A stretch of 64,000 bases of DNA from Bdellovibrionota bacterium (lineage in GTDB: Bacteria; Bdellovibrionota_C; UBA2361; JAFLCA01). The stretch covers positions 11,741-75,740 of the forward strand of contig JBIKUD010000010.1 of NCBI GenBank assembly GCA_044347745.1, read 5' to 3'. The notes under the pieces were generated by a model. It saw only the letters and a list, made by a program, of their open reading frames with translations. It was not told the origin of the DNA and searched no databases. A program made the translations under genes and the position numbers. This document shows positions 57,701 to 64,000 of this stretch, piece by piece. The first letter of the stretch is position 1. Each line of letters starts with the position of its first letter.

Positions 57701-58480
57701 ATGGAACAGATTTAAATTTATAGGACTTTGAAAATTTGAATTCTGTAGTTTTCTCTCGTTACTGACATAAAAAAGCTCTTTACCAAAAACTGTCTCTACC
57801 TCTGCCGGCCCCATTCGAATACTACCGCCCCAGCCTAAGCTAGTCGTATTAGCGAGCGTCGGATTCATGGCAGATTCAAATCTATTGGCTGGCTGGAAGG
57901 TAAGCCTTTGGGGAGTTAAGGCACCTGTGTAAGCAGGATTATCAATAAGTGGCCCAAGGTCAATTTTATAAAGGTCAGATCCGTACAGCGGTGCACCGAA
58001 GGAGTCTTTAACGGCAACATCATGAAAGTAAGAGAAATAAAGAGTTCGCCCATCAAGCGACATTTGAGGGTCAAGCGCGCAGCCCAGCACCATATTTCTA
58101 TCAACTAATGAACTATGCTCTGGTCTTGGAAATAACAAACTCACTCGCGGACTCGTTTGAGCACCCCCTTGGGATAACACATAGAGCTTACAAGCAGACT
58201 CTGGGTAAATTCTATTGGCATCAATTCCATAAGTGGTTGATTCAATCGGAGCACCACTTGAATTAGTTCTATATGCCCCAGAGGCATCGCGTAGATAACG
58301 CTCCACCGCAGAAAAAACGAGCCCCGTGTATCCGGGCCGCGGCCAGGCGGCTCCAGTTTGAAATTGCGGCGAGGATGGCGGCTGCTGGCCAAACGCCTGA
58401 GTTGCGCCTACGAAGAGCAACAGGAACGCTGCGACAAAAATATTCAAAATTGCTACCACACACCACAACCACGCGCGCAC
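54719..58480 (-). CDS. large secreted protein (1253 aa) with two CxxCH motifs, a Pro/Thr + Gly linker and a C-terminal coiled coil
   Basis: Signal peptide MRAWLWCVVAILNIFVAAFLLLFVGATQAFG. CGGCH is at about 56358-56372 and CGSCH at about 56138-56152, both on the minus strand. PTPAPTPTPEPTPPGGG is at about 55300-55400. The last 70 aa are Lys/Ala-rich heptads. Confidence 0.65.
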   Translation of the reverse strand: MRAWLWCVVAILNIFVAAFLLLFVGATQAFGQQPPSSPQFQTGAAWPRPGYTGLVFSAVERYLRDASGAYRTNSSGAPIESTTYGIDANRIYPESACKLYVLSQGGAQTSPRVSLLFPRPEHSSLVDRNMVLGCALDPQMSLDGRTLYFSYFHDVAVKDSFGAPLYGSDLYKIDLGPLIDNPAYTGALTPQRLTFQPANRFESAMNPTLANTTSLGWGGSIRMGPAEVETVFGKELFYVSNERKLQNSNFQSPINLNLFHSLINPNGTLGVTNQFKYFTTTSVLSPTNLRDGVAVSYQERTTDVRKWSIQSIDSAGRWAPLHGYGASSAISFHLGALCPNQPNDASGTSDVWVSNVYYVGNNNGFGALRGVRTITQGLNQNFALQAGVHVPKQLNENNLTQFVRGFEDESSAIQIPSGSGNLQLIGKFTTPSCGLPGELFAAYSPTCANHRLATDDCKALYGNQGLYRSHIVLRQGLLDGAGQPQELDPQDPNVYRKVIEDSSGLYSLIHPRVIGVSHQQRFGVPAVVSLPPSSVDGMPVAEVGSSAIHNTDRTPPECIIRTNPPKFSTRTLTDPVLMQNSLSASAPLGWVRDHAKLSPTHPDSVCENPLNPNDVLGIMLYVTDNKTDPTRLNPTAERKEAIEMLGVVPAANMIGGNPNDTSFAALVPAKQPLKWQALDKRYGLALMDMPSWHDLAAGEIRVSCGGCHNHQPNKGLSWNDKAAAQPTYPQVDLLRYTPYIKYDSQCTPTFAVENVPTRKSPVWGDNSSLFQKFNQYCGSCHASGQSGAGAFVVSNAENTFQAISNPPDRHGRRRFYSTILGPLSSQLCWAARGERMDGRDNTFYDPVANPQNAALEFFFTEGPHAGLGLCSGTRPDAQEAADFVYELCHWIETGARREAEYPTNASYASTMPSSFDRMHPSVSGTLANHPTCSVSGGLKVGFWDNSGKIARLAITGPGINVQIAPSGGLPNGFHVFNEVAQLQNSDDIVEVLAEDQAGNRQSYKKTLMQIVAECQTASNPRRGPGYGSFPTPAPTPTPEPTPPGGGVSGPGSGGGAALISLKRGERRVGPGAIVRLNLAASGAVGESPQYLIAGSKSGKNPGFLLGNLHVSLNLDGYTNISLSNLQGLFTAARAGQVRARVDLEVPRSCRQARNVALHHQAALLTEFGVSALSESLQFVIDGRVSPKGKSALEKELDNAQKKLRSLKARRATLKNATAKINAAKLAVSKLKNERKVAKARGKILLGAVCSNSI

Positions 58481-58762
58481 AGTTATTTGACTTTGGCGCG
58501 CTTAAACCACTTTTTGCTGTAAGCCCCTGTCGTTATGCAGAGGACTATGAAACAAGTGCCTGACTTAATTAAAAAAAGAGCAAAATTCAGGCCAGTCAGG
58601 CGGTTTTAGCTGGGACTAAGGGGTAACCAGATAAAAAGTGTGTGATGTCAGACACTTAAAGCAGTCTTACATTTTTGATAGCAGCGCCCAAACAAGAGGT
58701 ATTCTACCCCCCTTGTGGAAGCCTGTTACCCAATTGAAGCGCAACGGTTTTGGTTTAAAAAG

Positions 58763-61477
58763 CTAACTGCAAGTTGGGCACTGTTTTAATATTTCGCTAA
58801 CGGCGTCCTCCGCCTTATTCATGCGTGCAAAATCAAGTGCCGTTTGCCGAGCTATGTTCTTAATTGAAAGGTCGGCACCTTTCTCTAAAAGAAAACGCAC
58901 TGAAGTTATTTGCTTATTAAGGATAGCGTGCATGAGCGCCGTGTACCCCGACGAGTCTTGAAAATTAATATCTGCGCCAGCTTCAAGCAAATACTTCGCC
59001 GCTTCAATTTGCCCCCTGCTCACTGCTGCGCTTAAGGGTGAAATTCGATATTTTGGATCAATTCGATTGGGCGAGGTTCCCGAAGCAACAGCAGTTTTTA
59101 AATCCTCAATGCGACCAGCGAAGGCAGCAGCTACCATGGCATCCGCGGCCAAGCCCTTTATGGTCTGAATATCTTTCTGAGCAGCTGCAATTTTGCGCTG
59201 AGCTTCTTGCTGTAATGCTTCAAGTTGCAATAAGGCAACTTCAGCTTCGGGACCTTGTGCCTTTACTGAATCACGCACGGACTGGAGAGCTTTATTCTGA
59301 GCTTGCCGCACCAAAGCCAAGTTGTCTTCAAGAATATTCGGATTGAGTAGTGCCTCATGAATTTGCGCACCAAAAGCCAGCGCCTGATTGTCATCGGTGA
59401 TAAGCGCACCTGTTGCCGCATAGGCCTTAAGTGCTTCGCCTTGAAGCGCAATTGCTGCCTCAACTTCAAATTGGGTTAAATCTCGAGTGATCCCAGGCCG
59501 GTTAAATCCGGGAAGCTGAATAGCTTGTGTTGAAGCCTTTGTTTTTTTACCCACCACAATTCCCGTTTGGCTTAGCGGATCGATCCATAAAAACGAGTTG
59601 GGAAATACTTCCGTAAAAGTTTTTACAATAGAGGCATTCAGGTGCGGTGACACAAGCCTAAAGGTCACCCACTGCGCAATGGTGCCTCCCTCGTCTAACT
59701 TTTCGGCGACTAGTTCATAAAACTCTTTAGAGTACAAACTATTTACACCAGCAAAATTTGGCGGCATGGGCTCCAAGGTTACGACATCAAATGTACGCTC
59801 TGTTCTGCGTACAAACGCACGTCCGTCCATCACGGTAGTTTGCACTCTAGGGTCTTCAAGCACGTTATTATTTTTTGGAAACCAATGGGCCAGCTGAAGC
59901 ACCGCTGCATTAAGATCCACTATCTGTAGAGTCTCCGGATTCTCTGCACGCACCGCATCGGCTGTTTGACCGGTACCAAAACAAATGACCAGGGCGCGCT
60001 TTGGGTCAGTATGCAAAAGCATCGGCAAATGCCCCATCCAGCGCATATAGTGACCGAGTTTTAACTCAGTAGCTGCGTGAAACCCGTCGATTATGAGACC
60101 ACGCTCTCCTGTGGGAAATTCGATGGCAGCGATGGCTGAATCTGGTGTCTCTCGGTACTCAAGCAGAGAGTATTGCTCCACACCAAGGCGTCCAACAACC
60201 CGCGTGACGCCAACTCCCGATAATGACCTTAGGGAAATGAACCCGATAACCAGAAATACGCCTAGCAGAATGCGACTCTCGCGACTTTTAGCAGCGAGAC
60301 TAGCGCCAGCCAATAAAATTGCTAAGGCTATTGCAGTGTAAGAAAAACCAAGCACGGGTAAAAATACCCAGGCTGAGGTGATACCACCCAAAGCCGCCCC
60401 GAGGGTATTAATGCTATACACTTGCCCCCAACTCGAGTTGGCAGTTGCCTTATCCAGCAGTCGCGGCAGTACAGCGCCAAGGCATGTGATGGGCACAATG
60501 ACCACCAGCATAATAAGTACAAACCAGGTAAGCTGCACGGGATGTAGCGCCAAATGAGAGACTGAATCGAGGCGCTCTATAAAGGGAGTAGAAACAAGTA
60601 TTCCAATGCCAGCCAACACGAGCAAACGTACGTTTGGGACTTTTTTAAGCAATGGAGACTCTGAAAGCCGAGCACCAAGCGCAAGAGCTACAAGAACAGT
60701 GCACAACATTAAGGCAAATGATTCTGTGGTACTTCTAAAGGCACCTCGAAATGCCCTAAACCATGCAACTTCTAACGAAAGCGTAACAAAGCCCGTCAAG
60801 AAAGCATGCAATAAGGTGACGGAATCTAATGGCTCTCCCGAACCAGACAGATGCCTTGCCACAGGCGCTGGCGTGACTTCCTTATGAAAGCTAAATAAGG
60901 TCAGCAAGAGCGCAGCGGCCGCGTTTATTCCAGACAAGACCAAGCTTGATTGATGAACGCCGAACTGCGGGATTAACCAAAAAGCGACACCGAGACAGCC
61001 AAGTGCTCCACCAAAGGTATTAAGTCCATACAAAAGGGAAATTTGTATCTTTAAAACTGCCGCTAGTCTTCCCAACAATGGCAAGGTCGCGCCCATTAAA
61101 AAGGCTGGCACACCAATAATGGCAACCTGACAAAAAGTATATATAAACGGGGCAATTTGAGGATTTTGGGCAAAAGCCAAAGTGTCGAGCGATGATGCGG
61201 CTTCAAACAAGCTTGAGAGAAAATATCCATTCAGCGCAATGACGCCTTCACAGAGCGCAAAAAAAAGACAAGAAGCTTTTGCGGAAAGCTGCTTGGTCGC
61301 TTTACCAATACAAATTGCACCAGCACCAAACCCAAGCATGGTAGTTGCCAACGTTAAGGCAGCACCCCAAGCTGAAACACCTAACGCTAACCCGCTATGC
61401 AGTTGCCACAGAACTTCCCAGGAGAGGGCGGCAAAACCAGAGAGCAGCACTACGACACTGATAAGTATAGATTTCAA
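58763..61477 (-). CDS. polytopic spermidine-synthase-like (aminopropyltransferase-fold) membrane protein fused to C-terminal ankyrin repeats
   Basis: About 14 TM helices. LVICFGTGQTADAVRAENPETLQIVDLN...DGRAFV resembles the SpeE methyltransferase fold. The C-terminus ALMHAILNKQITSVRFLLEKGADLSIKN and SPLSAAVSRGQIEAAKYLLEAGADINFQD are ankyrin repeats. Confidence 0.7.
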   Translation of the reverse strand: MKSILISVVVLLSGFAALSWEVLWQLHSGLALGVSAWGAALTLATTMLGFGAGAICIGKATKQLSAKASCLFFALCEGVIALNGYFLSSLFEAASSLDTLAFAQNPQIAPFIYTFCQVAIIGVPAFLMGATLPLLGRLAAVLKIQISLLYGLNTFGGALGCLGVAFWLIPQFGVHQSSLVLSGINAAAALLLTLFSFHKEVTPAPVARHLSGSGEPLDSVTLLHAFLTGFVTLSLEVAWFRAFRGAFRSTTESFALMLCTVLVALALGARLSESPLLKKVPNVRLLVLAGIGILVSTPFIERLDSVSHLALHPVQLTWFVLIMLVVIVPITCLGAVLPRLLDKATANSSWGQVYSINTLGAALGGITSAWVFLPVLGFSYTAIALAILLAGASLAAKSRESRILLGVFLVIGFISLRSLSGVGVTRVVGRLGVEQYSLLEYRETPDSAIAAIEFPTGERGLIIDGFHAATELKLGHYMRWMGHLPMLLHTDPKRALVICFGTGQTADAVRAENPETLQIVDLNAAVLQLAHWFPKNNNVLEDPRVQTTVMDGRAFVRRTERTFDVVTLEPMPPNFAGVNSLYSKEFYELVAEKLDEGGTIAQWVTFRLVSPHLNASIVKTFTEVFPNSFLWIDPLSQTGIVVGKKTKASTQAIQLPGFNRPGITRDLTQFEVEAAIALQGEALKAYAATGALITDDNQALAFGAQIHEALLNPNILEDNLALVRQAQNKALQSVRDSVKAQGPEAEVALLQLEALQQEAQRKIAAAQKDIQTIKGLAADAMVAAAFAGRIEDLKTAVASGTSPNRIDPKYRISPLSAAVSRGQIEAAKYLLEAGADINFQDSSGYTALMHAILNKQITSVRFLLEKGADLSIKNIARQTALDFARMNKAEDAVSEILKQCPTCS

Positions 61478-61631
61478 ATGTCCCTTTATTTCGACAAATT
61501 CCTGAGAAATTTACTACAGCCCAAGCGATTGAATAAATAGATAAAATAAACGAGTGTTTTTAGCTAAAAAGCAAACGACTCTTGATATTCCTTGAGGAGC
61601 ACTCTTTTGGTGGTAGCACATTCTGCCATGC

Positions 61632-62594
61632 TCACAATCCGCTTTTTTGTTCCAGGCTCTTTTTACGAAACAGTAAAATCAGAGCTCCGATGAGCGCCAG
61701 CACATAGGTTTTGGCCCGCAATACTAGGGCAACCGAAAGCGCCTGTGCTGGAGAGGCTCCAGCAAGTTGCAGAAAAAAATAGAAGGCGCCTTCTTGAACT
61801 CCAATACCTTGAGGCGTAAGAGGAATTGCGGCAGTAACTAATATAAGAGGCAGAAGCACAAAAAGATCGAAGAACGGAGGATCTATCCAACCAATCGCAA
61901 TTCCAGTGGCTACGGTATTAACCACGGTAAAAGTATGGAAAAGCAGCGAAAGCAAGATTGTTTGAAAAAGAAGCTGCGGATTTCCTCTCACTAAAATAAA
62001 GCTGCCCTGAATTTTTTTAAGATGTCCTACTAATGGACTGGTAAGAGAAAAACGCTCCAAAAAGCGTATAGGCACCGGACTAAGGCAGGCGAAGATGATG
62101 GTACAAAAACCAAAGGCCATAAGGCACACTGCGCCTTTTATCTCTACGCTAAGCCCCTCTACGCTCCACATACAGGCAAGCGCCAATCCAAGCATGGCCC
62201 CGAGGCCTGTCAGGCGCTCAAGCACTGTTGCAGCGATTGCTTCATGCTGACCAATCTTTTTGCCCACGAGGTAACTTCTGACCAAATCTCCGCCCAAATA
62301 TGACGGCATCAAAAGATTCACGAAGTAGCCCACCAAATAGTAACCACTCAGTTTTACCGCATGCACTGGTTGACCAAGGGCAGAAATAAACATGCCCCAT
62401 TTAAGAGCGCTGATGTACACCAGCAACACAGAAATCAGCATTAGGTAGGTAAAACTTTGCCACGTAAGTAAACTCAGCGCTGCTGCTAGCTCAGAAAAAT
62501 CAACCAGCCAAAAAAGTGCACCGCAAATGAGCAAGGCCAAAAAAATTTTGAGTAGTTTCTTCATTGAAAGGCTCTGAATTCGGCAATCGACCAA
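61632..62594 (-). CDS. UPF0104 / lysyl-PG-synthase-TM-region (flippase-like) family membrane protein
   Basis: 320 aa, about 8 TM. The MKKLLKIFLALLICGALFWLV..DF..L N-terminus is typical of this family. Confidence 0.65.
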   Translation of the reverse strand: MVDCRIQSLSMKKLLKIFLALLICGALFWLVDFSELAAALSLLTWQSFTYLMLISVLLVYISALKWGMFISALGQPVHAVKLSGYYLVGYFVNLLMPSYLGGDLVRSYLVGKKIGQHEAIAATVLERLTGLGAMLGLALACMWSVEGLSVEIKGAVCLMAFGFCTIIFACLSPVPIRFLERFSLTSPLVGHLKKIQGSFILVRGNPQLLFQTILLSLLFHTFTVVNTVATGIAIGWIDPPFFDLFVLLPLILVTAAIPLTPQGIGVQEGAFYFFLQLAGASPAQALSVALVLRAKTYVLALIGALILLFRKKSLEQKSGL

Positions 62595-63943
62595 TCAAAT
62601 ACTTCGCGACCTCGCAATAACTTCAATTCAATTGCGATAGTTTCCTGAGGCTCAAAATAAAAGGTCATACTCGTTTCTCGGTCGCGCACAAAACGTAAAG
62701 CCTCGTATTCTCCGGGGCCAAGTAATTTTCTACGAACTCCGGAAGCGGAAATAACCTCCACTTGCAAATCCAATGGCTGATCATGCACGAAGTTCCCTAA
62801 ATCATAGGTAAAGGCCCGTAATTTTGGATGACTCGGAAATTCTACTCGAAAGAACATGCCGTCTTTCTGCGGGCGCGCCGAGCCCCAGCGCGTGTTTAAA
62901 TTCCCGTCAATAGCTCCGTCTGTTGCCGTGCCCAGTTCTGAGGTCTTCACAAACATCTCGCCCTGATACGGACGTAACTGTGTCTGTGAGGGGGCGAGAT
63001 TAAAAAGCACCACATATCGTGAGAGTAGATGCTCCTGAAACTGAATTCCCTGCCGCAAGAGCGCAAGCTTCACCACTTCGGCCTGCGCAGGCACTAACAC
63101 AAGCGGCAGAAAATCTTTCTCAGCAGTTGTTAGCTCCGCCTCATAACGCGGAATGCGTGGAGAATAAGGCTCACGGAATTGAACAAATCGAACCTTCTCT
63201 TGCGTTTCAAAAGCCAAGCGATATCCAATCCAATAATTAGTTCTGACCAAAGGAATCTGTTGAGCAAGTAACCACGAGTTTAATTCATCATGATTCTTTG
63301 AAACCCGCTCACCCTTTGCCACAAAGGGCTCGCCTGGAAGTGCCCGTCCACCCGCATAATTAGAAGCGAGGTGTATGCAGAGCACCAGCAAAAATGGAAC
63401 AAACCCAAGGCGGCCAAAATACTGCACGAACAACTGGGTGCCAAAGGCTAGTAAAAATGCATACGGAACATAGAGGGGCAATAAATATCGGGGTGATTCT
63501 GTTAATGTGCCAAAAGAGCTTAGAGAAAAAACTAGAACGATTGTTGCAAGCAGCCCCAGCAGTAACTCTGCCGGGAAATTGTAATCAAAATGTCCTCCGA
63601 GACACCTCAATATCTCTCGTGCACGATGAGCAAGTATTGCGAGTAGGCAGGAGGCTCCAATTACTGCGAGCAGCAGGCTTGACCCAGTCCATACATCGGT
63701 AAATTGCCACTGCCGTCTTGCTCCACCAAGTATTGGTGCCGACACGGTAAGCAGATTAAAAAAATGCTGTGTGGCTTCTTCCAAGGAAACCGTGGACGCG
63801 ATGCCAAAGGATGGAAATCCGAGGCGCACGTTATATAGCCAAAATGGAAGGCCTCCAATCAAAAAGGCTAAAACCCCCACCGCAGCATAAAGAGCAAAAC
63901 GACGTAGGCGACCTGCCCATGGAAGAGTCCAGTCGCGAAGCAA
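62561..63943 (-). CDS. membrane protein with a C-terminal F5/8 type C (discoidin)-like domain; possibly a glycosyltransferase-associated module
   Basis: TTG start. N-terminal TM helices. The C-terminal GAIDGNLNTRWGSARPQKDGMFFRVEF matches the discoidin motif (DGNxxTxW). Overlaps the downstream gene by 34 nt. The upstream in-frame extension up to the stop at about 63995 is hydrophobic, so the start is uncertain. Confidence 0.5.
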   Translation of the reverse strand: MLRDWTLPWAGRLRRFALYAAVGVLAFLIGGLPFWLYNVRLGFPSFGIASTVSLEEATQHFFNLLTVSAPILGGARRQWQFTDVWTGSSLLLAVIGASCLLAILAHRAREILRCLGGHFDYNFPAELLLGLLATIVLVFSLSSFGTLTESPRYLLPLYVPYAFLLAFGTQLFVQYFGRLGFVPFLLVLCIHLASNYAGGRALPGEPFVAKGERVSKNHDELNSWLLAQQIPLVRTNYWIGYRLAFETQEKVRFVQFREPYSPRIPRYEAELTTAEKDFLPLVLVPAQAEVVKLALLRQGIQFQEHLLSRYVVLFNLAPSQTQLRPYQGEMFVKTSELGTATDGAIDGNLNTRWGSARPQKDGMFFRVEFPSHPKLRAFTYDLGNFVHDQPLDLQVEVISASGVRRKLLGPGEYEALRFVRDRETSMTFYFEPQETIAIELKLLRGREVFDWSIAEFRAFQ

Positions 63944-64000
63944 AGTGGCTATTACAAATAAGAATAGGGGCAGTATAAAAAAAACAATTTGGTTGTTAAC

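Overview
This 64 kb window is bacterial chromosome with roughly 50% GC and a Gram-negative envelope gene content. A housekeeping backbone is interleaved with three sets of pilus-subunit genes and several lineage-specific membrane or secreted proteins.

The backbone genes I can support are: the linked smc-ftsY pair, pgsA, a lytic transglycosylase, trxA, prmA, a quinone-oxidoreductase-like dehydrogenase, glpD, purD-purH, mutS, rpsA-cmk, an AmiC-type amidase and a patatin-like lipase.

The accessory-like content is:
- A Tad/Flp-type pseudopilin locus (642-5282) with two TadE-like genes, a TadG-like gene and an Flp pilin, but no secretion machinery in the window.
- A second Tad-like pair (32522-39314). 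Its second gene encodes a roughly 1620 aa protein with a TadE-type N-terminus fused to FG-GAP, NHL and Ca-binding-like repeats, which I read as a candidate pilus tip adhesin.
- A type IVa minor-pilin operon (46844-50390; FimT-, PilV-, PilW- and PilX-like).
- An inverted pair of paralogous four-helix-bundle genes (Avd / 23S-rRNA-IVS protein family) centred on a 69 bp palindrome and flanked by 26 bp direct repeats (5345-6201).
- Several intergenic repeat structures: 11 bp iterons at 588-620, a 35 bp motif in two consecutive promoter regions, a hairpin-repeat array at 20025-20248 and a 177 bp element bounded by inverted repeats at 23449-23625.
- A membrane-anchored PP2C phosphatase with a long coiled-coil tail next to a SPOR-domain protein.
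- A truncated ArgRS paralogue that lacks the catalytic core, next to a CCA/poly(A)-polymerase-family nucleotidyltransferase.
- A 1253 aa secreted protein with two CxxCH motifs.
- A polytopic spermidine-synthase-like protein fused to ankyrin repeats.

I found no rRNA, tRNA, CRISPR array, transposase or integrase. The organism is unknown. Multiple pilus systems, a patatin lipase and PP2C signalling would fit a Bdellovibrio-like predator, but that is a low-confidence inference. All functional calls come from motifs I read in the translated ORFs, not from database searches. Coordinates I derived by hand may be off by 1 nt.
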